A model generated the notes under the pieces. That model had not been told where the DNA came from. It was given only the letters and a program-made list of their open reading frames with translations, and did not search any database. Position numbers and translations under genes: made by a program. Below, piece after piece: positions 24,926 to 37,047 of a stretch of DNA of 64,000 bases. Source of the stretch: Syncephalis fuscata S228 (taxonomy: Eukaryota > Fungi > Zoopagomycota); the NCBI GenBank assembly GCA_025786725.1, contig JAHLTZ010000023.1, positions 186,001-250,000 on the forward strand, given 5' to 3'. Each line of letters starts with the position of its first letter. Positions within the stretch are counted from its first letter, which is position 1.

Positions 24926-27690
24926 ATGCTTCGAGCTATTGGGCGAATAAATACGGGAAAAAGTGTTGTCTATGTGGCACGATGCCATTTGAAGACTAGA
25001 CAATTCAGCGGGCTAGTCTACAATACCGTTGCTATTCAAAAGCCCATAGCACTTGGTATAAACTGTAATAGACTGCAAGAACGTAGATTGCAAACTTCAA
25101 GTAACGCTTATTCAAGTGTACAGCCAGCTCAGATTGAATCATTATTAGCCACGCCATCCTCTACGCTTATAGCACCGGTAAAACTACGAGAATATCAACA
25201 GGAATGTATAGAACAATGTTTATTTTACTATGGCAAAGGTGTTAAACGACAGGTAGTTTCACTTCCTGTAGGTATGTTATTTACTAGTATTATCATAATC
25301 AATTGATTAATTAATATCGAATAATGTTATTTAAAATGTATAGGAAGTGGTAAAACGGTAAATATTAATTACTATAACTATTATTGTTATTGATGTCCTT
25401 GTAACTCATCATATAATCGATATGTTCAAATATAATGCAGGTTATTTTCTCTAATTTAATTGCACGTATTCCATCACCAACACCCCAGGCCACACGTACC
25501 TTGGTGATCGCTCATCGTGAAGAGCTATTAAATCAGGCTGCCAAACAAATATCTAAATTTGCACCTCATTTACGGGTTGATATCGATCAAGGATCTCGAC
25601 ATGCTATTCCAGCCACGGCTGACGTTATTGTAGCCTCGGTTCCTTCGCTGGGACGAAAAGGAACGCGTCGACTAGATAAATACAATCCTGCCGAGTTTAA
25701 ATGCATTATTATTGATGAGGCACATCACGCAGCGGCTACTACTTACCAACGGATATTGAGCCATTTCGGCGTATGTCACTCTCCAGATGAAGATCAAGTG
25801 GAGACTATTGAGGTAGAGAAGGTGACAGAGGCAGATAATGAAGCGGTACTGCCTGAATCGCCATTCAAATCACCTATATTTGTTTGGGGCTGTTCTGCAA
25901 CAGTAAGACGCCATGATCGTGTTCGTTTAGACGGCGTCTTCGACTATATCGCTTATCATAAGGATTTCTTGGAAATGATCGAAGAAGGCTGGTAGGCTAT
26001 TAGACGACTATTTACTATTTATCAGCTAACTAATTAACACCTAATTACTTATTAGGCTGACTAATCTTCGTGTTACTACTATTCAAACCCGCGTGGATCT
26101 AAATAAGGTTAAATCGCTTGGTAATGATTTCCAACAACGCCAATTAGCCAATGCTGTTAATACTTCAGAACGTAATGAACTCATTGTTCGTAGTTATCAA
26201 GCCTATGCCGGTAGGCAGTTGTAGTGATTATTTATGTAACTAATCATACATTTAGAGGGAAGAAAATCAACATTGGGATTTGCCGTGGACATTCAACATG
26301 TAAAAGATTTGACAACTGCATTCCGTATGAAAGGCATTGACGCACGATATCTTACCAGTGAAACACGATCTGATGAACGTGCCGATCTATTAAATGCCTT
26401 TAGACAAGCCAAGTTTCCTGTGCTTATTAATTGTGGCATTCTAACGGAAGGCACGGATATCCCTAATATTGACTGTTTACTAATGGCCCGACCTACACGC
26501 TCTCAAGTATTATTTCTTCAAATGGTTGGGCGTGGCATGCGGCTTTCACCGAATAAAGTCGACTGTCTTACTTTGGATTTTGTCGATACGCTACAACGAC
26601 AAGGATTAACTACAGTGCCTGCATTAGTAGGCTTGGACGAGCGAGTTGTATTAAAAGGAAAATCTGTAACTGATATGACCAAGCTAAATGCTGATAATGA
26701 ACTCGAAGAGGCAGAGGCATCAAACACACCTTCTATAGGTACACACGGTAAGTTGCTCAATAACTATAATAATAATAATAATAATACCATTAGCTGTACT
26801 TAACCAAAAACTATAGATCCAAACGCTTTTGATAATATGAATATAATACAATCGATAAAAGTAACCGAGTATACAACATTAGACGATGTTATATCTGGAC
26901 GGTCTGAAATGCATATTCGTAAATTGTCTAAATATAACTGGCTGCGTATTAGTCATAATGCTTATTTACTTTCATTGCCAGATGCCAGTATTAGATTAGA
27001 AGAGAAAGCAGGTAATTGGATTAAAAGACCAGTTATTAAATACTGATAGCACCAATTAATTATATAAATATAGGCAATTGGCAGATTAAATATCGATTAA
27101 AATTGACGGCTATGGGCCAACCAATGCGCCCTGAATCAAATGCCGATCCACGAGCATCTAAAGTGCTGAATGGCGATGGCCAACACCCATCCAATACTAT
27201 TGCAGATCGACGTCGTCATCGTGGATTTACCCGCTATTTCACCATCGATGGATTTATACCCGATACATTGAAAGAGGCTGTTCATACGGCCGATCAATGG
27301 GCCACTGCTCGAGGTGGCTTTACCATGCCCCAATTAGAATGGCGGGCTGCTTGGCGATATACACCGGCCACCCCGAGTCAATTACGTTTACTGCGCGAAA
27401 AGCGAATTATTTCCGATGAAGATAAAGATACAGCGTCCATTCCTCAATCTAAGCAAAAAAGTAGACTTGAGGCGGCAGCTAATTTAGTGCAGTCAACTCT
27501 GCCATCAGTTCAACGAGGTTGGACCAAGGGACAGGCTGCCGATATGCTGACCCGTATATTTGAAGGTGGCATTGCCGAACTGCGTAAACGAGAATTAGAT
27601 CGACAAGCTCTAGAAATGGAAAAACAACGGAAACAAGCAGCACGAGAAGCATTCCGTGTTCAAGTAGGGCCATGGCAACAGTCTGAATAG
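24926..27690 (+). CDS. IRC3: Mitochondrial SF2 DExH DNA helicase Irc3-like
   Basis: Basic presequence; LREYQQECI, LPVG-SGKT, AHREELLNQA, IIDEAHHAAA, GCSAT, NCGILTEGTDIPNIDC, ARPTRS, QMVGRGMR; C-terminal WR..PAT.SQ and TKGQAADM. Confidence 0.9.
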
Positions 27691-27812
27691 TAGATTATTC
27701 ATAATTACTATTGTTTTATTGCTATATATCCATTTTGTACCAAAAAATACATTAAATCGCTTTTAAATTCTAGATAACTATTTATATCATTTTATTGTTA
27801 TATACGTATGTG

Positions 27813-28916
27813 TTAAGAACGAGTCGCTGATCCAGCTACTTTCTGTGCTAATTCAGTAAACTTTTCTTCTAATTGACCTCCGTCAGATCCATTACCACTG
27901 GTTGATAGTGGATCAATGGGCAAGCGTACTTAATAGCGATAACTAGAATTAGAGTGATTATAATCTATTAAGCAAATTACTTACCTAAAAATGGTACCTT
28001 AAATTCTTGTGCTATTGCTTCACCACCACCCGATGAAAATACATTCGAACAATTCTAATTGATATTAGTATAATAGAGTAAATGTACTATTACTTACTGC
28101 ACAATGAGGACACACATAGCCACTCATATTCTCTACCACGCCAATAACTGGCAATTCAACTGTACGGCAAAATGACAACTCTTTACGTACATCGGATAAT
28201 GCAACAGCCTACAAATTTGTTTATTAATAAATAGCTTTCACTTGTTTGTATTTAATTGTCATCATTTACCTGAGGTGTCGTAACAACAATGGCACCATTT
28301 GGTTGATACTCTTTCAAATACTCGACAACGGCTAGATGTTCATCTGATGTACCTGTATCATTTAACCATATAGTTAAGGTTAAGACTAGTAACACGTATG
28401 CTTATTAATGATAGAACATACCAGGTGGTGTATCCACAATTAAATAATCCAAATCATTCCAGTAAACATCGCCTAAAAACTGTCGTATCATTGCTAATAA
28501 AATCTGAATTAATATTGTTATTACTAATAACAACTCATTAAATTACCATTCTTTTTAGGACCTCGCCACACTACAGCATCATCTTGATGTTGTAATAGAA
28601 ATCCAATTGACATGCAACAAAGCAGTGGACCAGCACGGTCACTATGCTCACTATTCTTTGCAACATCATCGGTATTCACCACAACTGGCACCCAACCATG
28701 CGATGCTTGATGGACCTGCTGTCCTTGAACGCCGAGTAAATACGGAATACTTGGGCCGCACAAATCGACGTCCAATACGCCTACGCGATAGCCTTGCCGT
28801 ACCAATGACCAGGCAAGCCGAACTGAAACGGTTGATTTGCCTACACCGCCCTTTCCAGATAGTACAAGCACCACATTCTTGACACCGGCTAGCTGTTTAG
28901 TTACGTTTGAGGTCAT
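27813..28916 (-). CDS. CFD1: Cytosolic Fe-S assembly scaffold P-loop NTPase Cfd1/NUBP2
   Basis: [56 protein letters not shown]; lacks the N-terminal Cys cluster of Nbp35. Confidence 0.93.
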
Positions 28917-29401
28917 AATGCTAAAGACAATACTGATAGAAAAGTAGGAAAAGATATATATATTTAATAGTGTCAGATACTAATAAAAAATAATTGTCAA
29001 CTATACAAATATATATGGGAACGATGATTAATCATCAATAATAGACGGAGAAGGGAAACTAGGGAGTATTTTGCTGTTATCTCTTCACCTAATAAACTAT
29101 AATAAATTTTTAAATAAACAAGAGGAGCATGAGACTGTTAGCAGCTATATTTGCTAGTCAAAATAGTATTTAGTATTTTAAAAAACTTGTAATAAGAGAC
29201 GCAGTATTGATGTTAACATACGTAATAATTGACTCCGCCATAACTAAGTGGTCTCCGTTCTTTGTTCTTTGAGTGTAGAAAGTCACTGTTACCACTATCA
29301 CTCAACGGCACCTTTACTACAAGCAGGTTTATTTTGCCAGTCATTTAAAGTTAAATCTACTCTATTCTGTTTATTCCTCTACTTTACTGATTAAAACAAG
29401 T

Positions 29402-30985
29402 ATGGAGCTATCAACAGCTCCTTCGGCAAACAATGATACTTTAGACGACCGTTCATTACGGTCATCCGAGACGCATTCTCACCGGGAAACAATGGACGAC
29501 GAGGACAACGACAGCAATAGCCGCAGTAGCGATAGTGTAATAGACAATAATGCTGAAGCGTCGCATGAGCTTGACTTATCGCCAGAAGAGGCTACTCTTC
29601 TATGGAATACTTTGTCAACTCACCGTATTCAATGGAATACGGATGGTACACCGCCTACCATTCTATCGTCTATACAAGATAGTCACAATGCACATACTAG
29701 TCTGTATGATGGTGAAGATATACGTGACCGGAGACAATCGACAGATAATCAGCACTCATGGACTTTTCGTGCTCGTAGAATGGTTAACGGTTTGATGGCA
29801 TTGGCACGAGCAAATCAAACAAACGGGTTATATTCAATGGCATCAAATCAATCGGCATCTACTCATCCATACGATGAACTACAAACAACTGAGGATGGAC
29901 AAGCAACAGCGATAGCATCAGAAACGGCTAATGATGAGGCACCTTTGCATAGTTCAACCGATATTGGTATGATGCCGTTACAATCAGATAGCAATGATGG
30001 CAATACAGCCAATACGAATAGAAATCCTGCCATGACCAATAGACAATGGGCGGCTAATGATCCAGCCATTACTGAGATGCGTATATTCTGTGCTGATGAA
30101 CGACGTCGGCTGCGCTATTTAATGATACAGTCTATAGGGATGTTGGCGTTGATTGCTGCAATATTTGGTATTGTACTATATAATATGGATGCATTTTATG
30201 GTGAAAATGGTCCATGGGATACAACATCCCGTGGATGGCATCTTTACATGGGATTCTTGTTATTTTGTGGCATGATTATTATTATGCTACTTATGGTAAG
30301 TTGCCGTCATTTTACAAGGTATATTAAAACTGTTAAAATGCTAATATGACACAATTTTAATATCTAGGCATACGGTATACGCGTGGCCGAGTTACACATG
30401 CATTTCACCAGTACAGTAGAGGACAGAACCACGGCTGAGCTATTAGAACGATATCAACAACATCGGCAACGACAAATTCGACGACTACATCGAACAAGAG
30501 ATGGACAGCATTCTGAAACAGAGGATAACGATGAAGATGAAGAGGATATTCCATTGGGACATCGAATGGCATACGAGCGTCGTCGATTGAATCGTCGATT
30601 CCAACGGGCTATTGATAATCAAACACGACAACGAAGACGTAGAAGTAATAGAACTTTAAATCATGAAACACTTGATGTAGATCCGACACTACTGGCACCT
30701 CCACCTCCCACCTATACAGAAGCTAGTCTAGATCCACCGGCCTATGATACAATTAAGCCCGAATCATCGTCAGTAGATGGGACAGCTATACCGCACCATA
30801 TTGGGACCAGTAATAATAATAGTCAAGCACCAACTGAACAATCTGTAATATTTGCTTCGTCTTCTTCTTCTTCTGTTGCTACAACAACAACAAGTACAGC
30901 TTCTTTCGCCAACAATGTGGATATTACGCATAATGGAGAAGATGCTGAAGAAGCTGAACTAATTACATTTCGTGCCAATAACTAG
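29402..30985 (+). CDS. Two-TM membrane protein with C-terminal PPxY motifs
   Basis: ORFs 29402..30349 and 30383..30985 joined by intron 30296-30368; two hydrophobic helices; PPPPTY and PPAY in the tail. Confidence 0.8.
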
Positions 30986-31980
30986 ACGCTACAAAATACT
31001 GTGACTTATATGAATACTATCGCTGCTCTATTTTAAATAAATACATTGCTTATTTATTGTAATATTAAATGAAAAGCGAGATAGAAATAATGAATTTTAT
31101 ATTAATACCGTAACATTAATATTCTTATTTTTTCATGCAGTGTAATTGTAATTATTTAATCAATCAGCTTTTTAGTAGTTAAATATAGTGTATTAGCTTG
31201 CATCTTCAATATCTGATAGTAATTTTAGATAAGCAATATGATTAATATTATTAAGCCACAATTGCCACTTTTATTAAAACAGCTTGCTCAAGTGCCAAAC
31301 TGCAATCACATTCTATTAATAACAATTGCCATTTTATTTTATTTTTTGTTAATCTTTTAACATTAAATGTATATACCTTACCAGTACTATAGATTAGTGA
31401 TGCATTATACTCATTTTCGGTTTTCTACAACATAATATGCATTTTTTATGTATTATTCACATATTTACTCCAAATAACAGTTTTAATATTTACTGAGCGT
31501 TGTTTTCTATTACTAAATACTGATGTAATATGTCTTTAAAATGCGACTTACCATTCTCAGGATTGTCCAACGTTGAATCTGCACCTTGACGCCAGCTACT
31601 ACTATTAATACTATTAACGCCGCAGCTGCAGCTATACATTACATCATGCTGCATTGAAATTATTACTGTACACTGAGATGTAGTAATTCAAATGATTAGC
31701 AGTTAAAACCTACAGTTTAAGCAGTTAGCAGCGTAGCATTTTTATCAATAATACAAGCGCTGATAGGTAGACTCCAAGTGTAAACAAGAACCATAATGGT
31801 TTTATTACTGTAATAGATTAGTCATAATGTTGGAAAAAAGATAATGCGGGTTCGTGGGATCAGATAATTAAGTAGTACATTGTACTATATATAGCTACTC
31901 TATATGATACTAATTAATCCCACGTTTTACCTAAAGCACTAGACCACCGGTTTTTCTTGTTAACTTATCGTTTTGCTTGA

Positions 31981-33323
31981 ATGCTGGTAATTACGTCCAG
32001 TGGAGCCGCCCGTATTGCCTTACGCCGGCCCTTGCCTGCAGCTGCTCTTTTAAATAATTCTCGTTTGTCTTTTTCCTTGCTATTACTCTCTCGTCAACAG
32101 CCGTCTATTGATTGTTTAGCAACAGCACAGCTACCCGTCGCTTTAACTTACCTGCACAACCGAGATTACAGCACATATATACGTAGTCCAAAACTACAAC
32201 GTCCGCAGGGACTTTACCGTTGCGTTGTTTACTTACGGCAAAACGGCAACCATTTTTCAGTATGCATCGACTGGTGAATACACTCCGCTCTGCCATGGGC
32301 ATCAATGCACCTACCTCGTCGGATGGTGTTATCGAGGAGGTAGGCGGCGTATCGTACGACTTGCCATCTAGCCATCCACAAACTGTTGGTCTAAGCGAGT
32401 GCGAAGGTTGTGCTGCTCGTGATACTTGTGAAGCACCAGATCTGCACGAAGCATATCCGTCCTACCTTACTATCGATCGCTTCTCCACACTTTACGGTCA
32501 TATGAAGCCGATTACAAGGCATGCCGTTGTATCGAGTGGTATATCGGCTCGTCGTTGGCCAACACACGTCGAGAAAACCGATATTACTGAAGCTGAGCAA
32601 ATAGCAAATGCTAATGCTTCATCAGCCAATGCTAACGATACTAGTTCTGCTGCCGAGATTGAATTGGACGCGCGTGCACTAGCTATGACGGGTAGCATAT
32701 CGCGCGTAGTCAAAGCAACAGAAGATGCCGGTAAATGGCTTGTATGTTCGGCTGAACGCAGACCAGCTGGCGAATTAATGATCTTTCCTGAATATAAAAT
32801 GGTATCATTACTTGGTTCAGAGCCAAACGAAGGAGATGCAGCAGAACAACAGGCTAAATTAGAGGAGCGTATAAAGCACATTGTACAAAAGGTAACGGCC
32901 GGTGAAGATACGGATTTATTACGACCAATTCCCTATCGTGCCGTTATTTTAATTTGTGCCCATAAGCGCCGTGACAAACGTTGCGGTGTTGCTGGCCCGA
33001 TATTACATCGACGGTTCATAGAGGCACTTGAGGAGCGTCAAAAGAAACAAGCACAAATAGCCAATGCAGCAGATGAATCGACGGTAGCGACAGATGAATC
33101 ACAAACTGAGGAAGGAGATATTGGTGTATTTATGGTTTCTCATACAGGTGGCCACAAATTCGCTGGTAATGTATTGGTTTATCCATCGGGTATCTGGTAT
33201 GGTCGCGTAACTGCATGTCATGTTGATGCTATTCTAGAACATACTGTGTTCAATAACCAAGTGATAAGAGAGCTTTATCGTGGACGTCTTAATCCACCTA
33301 CAAGAGATGATAGCAATTTCTAA
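31981..33323 (+). CDS. APD1: Apd1/Aim32-family thioredoxin-like [2Fe-2S] protein (sucrase/ferredoxin-like)
   Basis: CAHKRRDKRCG (Cx8C), SHTGGHKFAGN (Hx3H), WYGRV; N-terminal CEGC...C...H. In-frame ATG at 32262; upstream ATG 31981 joins if one A is restored near 32190. Confidence 0.88.
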
Positions 33324-33966
33324 TTTTGTTAAATTAATTGTTGCTGCACTACTACATATTACTACTAATCCACCCATATTAATACGAATAATAAAGCTTT
33401 AGCTTTGCCAAATATATATATTTAACAAAATGGTCACATAGATGATTATAATGATTAATCTACAACATTAAATAGTAAATTACTAACTCGATCACCTATG
33501 ATCCATTAGTATCTTTACTATTGTTACTTTATTTAGGCTATTATGCAATAAAAATAAACTGCACTGGTAACAGAAACATGTTAGTAACATTTGTAGGTAG
33601 CATTACATTGATTCACTATTAATCTATCAATGAATGCGAATAAACATAGTTTTAATAGCACCAAGGGATAAGTATGCACAATGGACAATGTTCCATGGAA
33701 CAGATCCATCCGTGCTAAGCGTAAGGAAAAGAAGTGATGATAGTATTGGTAGGAGAAGTGATAATGACCAACAAGCGTGCAAATAGAACGAGTATATGTG
33801 CGTATGTATGCTTGTGTGTACTCATTGCTAAGAAATAGAGAAATCAAATAGATGATAGCCATCAACTATCCAGCAATACCAATAATAGTATTGCCGTTGA
33901 TGTTACTGTGTCATTGATTCCATTACTAATCAACAACGTTACACAATTTCAGTTTTAAATCTGAAA

Positions 33967-34239
33967 TTACTGCTCACGGCTTTTGTTTTCGCGGTTGTAA
34001 CGCTCCTTATCTTTGGAGGCCTTCTCCAAGTATGGCTTTTTCTTATCATCGGACAAACTCTTCCATTCCTGACCCAAAAGCTTGCCAATCTCACCGAATC
34101 CAGCCTGGGGATTGCGCTCCTTGACAGAGTCACGCTGGTCGATGGCGAAGAACATGTAGGCGGACAGAGCGCGCTTGGGCTTCTCTGGGTCCTTCTTCCT
34201 CTTGTTGCGGCGTGGTGCGGCGGCGGTATCCTTAGGCAT
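33967..34239 (-). CDS. NHP6: HMG-box non-histone chromatin protein Nhp6
   Basis: KKDPEKPKRALSAYMFF...NPQAGFGEIGKLLGQEWKSLSD..KKPY..KASKDKERY; GC-rich codon usage relative to neighbours. Confidence 0.95.
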   Translation of the reverse strand: MPKDTAAAPRRNKRKKDPEKPKRALSAYMFFAIDQRDSVKERNPQAGFGEIGKLLGQEWKSLSDDKKKPYLEKASKDKERYNRENKSREQ

Positions 34240-35237
34240 GTTGCTTAACGTTCTAATTAATCAATGTGTAAATACACTGCGTAAAAGATAAATAGCAAAA
34301 AAACACAAGTGCAATAACAATAGCGGCAAAAGAGAGAAAATAAGAGAGGTAAATGGGCTGATGCAAATAAGTGAGTGATGAAGCGAGAACGAGTGTAAAT
34401 AGCATGGATCACCAATCAAAAATACGAATAAGCGCGTTACATCACGTGATATGCTATAGAAATCGAAAAGTGAAGGAGAAATTGAAAAAAATCAACCTTG
34501 TCAATGCGGCTGCACAGCAGGAGCTGCTGCTACTGCTGCCATGGCAATAGCCAAGAAAGTAGTTGTATTGCTACTACTTGGATTTTGCTTTATATAATAG
34601 CATATAGCCTATTACAATCTGTATTATTAATATAGACGGCATTAATAAAGCTATATCACTTATCATATAAAATGCACTGTTTATTAAGCATTTTAGTGCC
34701 ATTTCATATGCTAAAGTGTAAACTCCATCAATGTCATCCATAATAATGGTACATTTTACTATATGGCTGTTTTCCAACGGTAAAATAGTTAAGAAAAAGC
34801 CATGTAGCAAAAAGTAAATAAAGACACGTCATAGGTACAGATTGCATAAACATCAATGACCAAACAAAGTCAAACATTATACGAATAGTGGGCAAGCATA
34901 GTGAGAGCAGCTAGAAGGCGAAAGTAGCGCATACAACTTACCAGAAGTACGCTAAATGCGTGTATTGAGTAGCGGATAAGTGGTAAGTACTAGTATATAG
35001 CAGTTAGTTAAGTGGGTGTGAAGCCAACAAGGACTGACAACTTACAGTGGTGGTGGTGGCCGTTGTTGTGCACGCAAGCAGTGTAGAGATAACGCTATAC
35101 TAACTAACAACTACTGCTACTATGGGAGGTGAGTGTGAGTGGGTGAGTGAGTGAGGAAAAAGGTGAGAGTGGGGCGAACGTTGTAAGTGATGGTGGGGTT
35201 TTGTGTGTGAAATACAGTGGGGGAAAATAGGCCATCA

Positions 35238-35318
35238 CACACATCACACTACACATACTCACACATACTCACACACTCACACACACACACACACACACAC
35301 ATATATCCACACACATCC
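35238..35318. repeat. (CA)n-rich microsatellite
   Basis: Direct run of CACACA with CATACT/CACT variants. Confidence 0.9.
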
Positions 35319-36090
35319 ATTCTGGCACTATTCACCCACACGCATTTGGCACAAGGGGTGCTCCCCTTTGGCCTATACAGACAAGTAGACAGGCAGACAG
35401 ACAACGGACGGTGATGGACCGCCAAACAAAAGACAGGCACACAGAGCAAGAAAGGCTGGATAACAAATGGACAAGCCAATAGGCCAATAAGCTGGTCATT
35501 CATTTGCTGGCTGGCACATCACGCACACGCATACATCTATACATGCGGTAACAAACTAGCAGTGTTGTATGGGAGACAAGGTCACGATGTGTACAGCTGC
35601 TACTGTTGCTGTTGCTGCTATTGCTGCTGCTGTCACTGTTGACTCGACTCGTTTTGTGATGCGCTTGTGCAGTTGTGAGTGCATACCATTCAGGTGTGGC
35701 CGTATTGCAGCCGATTCTGCCAATCATAGAATGTATCGCAGAAACAAGCTGATTCGTTTTGGTAATGGACGGAATGAGCGGGCAAGCCACGTGAGTGTAC
35801 AGCCATCAACAAAGGTATTGTGTGATGGTTGTAGCTGCAATAGTAGTGCTGTTTACTATTCTATTCTATATAGCACCGTTTATATGGCGTTTTTATAAAC
35901 ACGATTTGTCTCTATAAAAATGCGGCCGATCATTGACTGCTTGATTAATAAATTAATAAAATTAATTAATAATAAATTAATATTTTAATCAACACAAAGT
36001 TTATTTTACTACTATCACTTCTTATTCATTAACAGCAGTCGTGGCCAATAAAGCATAGATATGACCACTGGACATGGACCTGTGGCCTAC

Positions 36091-36707
36091 TCATGCATTT
36101 GGTGGATTGGTCGTTGTAGTACCAGTGCTACCAGTGCTGTTATTGTTAGGCTGCTGGCCATTAAGATCGGCCATTTCCGACTGTTCTTTTGCCGATAGTT
36201 CGGCAATTTTGTCTTCGAGTGTTCGCTTTTCACGCATCAACTCTCGTCGGCGTTGCTGGTAAACGCTAATGAACAGTGTCATTGTCAGTAGATACTAACC
36301 TTGCTTTTCTAGTCAGTTCTACCTACCGATAAAGCTCAGTTTCACTTGAAGCGCTTGTCTACGTAGATCATTAATGATATTAATGTATATTAGCACAATT
36401 GTTTACTACTAAATGATAGATGTGCCTTTACTAAACTAGCACTTACCTGTGCTTTAAGAAATGATGCGTGCGATGCGTCTTTGGGTACTGGCCCCTGTTT
36501 TTCTTTAGGCTTTATCCAGTCGTGTAGCATCGCACCACCATACAAGCCTATTGGCACAACGACAAGTCCCAGTAGCAATAATGGTCGTTGTCTAAACGTA
36601 CGCACCACATTACTCCACGATGTCTGATCCGTCGATGGATGCTGGCCAGTCGAGTAGCGCGTCTGCTGCGTCTGGGACGATGGCGTTGGCGTTTCTGTTA
36701 AAGGCAT
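36091..36707 (-). CDS. Small single-TM coiled-coil protein of unknown function (3 exons)
   Basis: TM PLLLLGLVVVPIGLYGGAML; GT-AG introns at about 36446-36359 and 36326-36267; last exon QQRRRELMREKRTLEDKIAEL is coiled-coil-like. Confidence 0.7.
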
Positions 36708-37047
36708 GGATTATTTACTGTAATAGTCTACGCGTCAAAAACTACGTATTTATATCGAGCAACACAATGGATGCAGATAAATAAAATTGCAATCCTACCA
36801 AAACTAACCACTAGCTAATAGACTAAATAGCCACGTGAGTAGAAAGTCGTAAAAATATACTATAGTTGCGTAAATAAAAAAGTGAAATAGATTCATGAAT
36901 CTATTTTTCTTGTATTCTTTTTATTAGTGTATTGTAACGTATATTTCTTCTTTCTTTCTTTCTTGTTTGCTTTGATTCTTGCGTGTTATACTGTAAACGC
37001 ATATCATTGGTACGTGGGCGAGCCAATGTTAGGTGATTGCAGTGACA

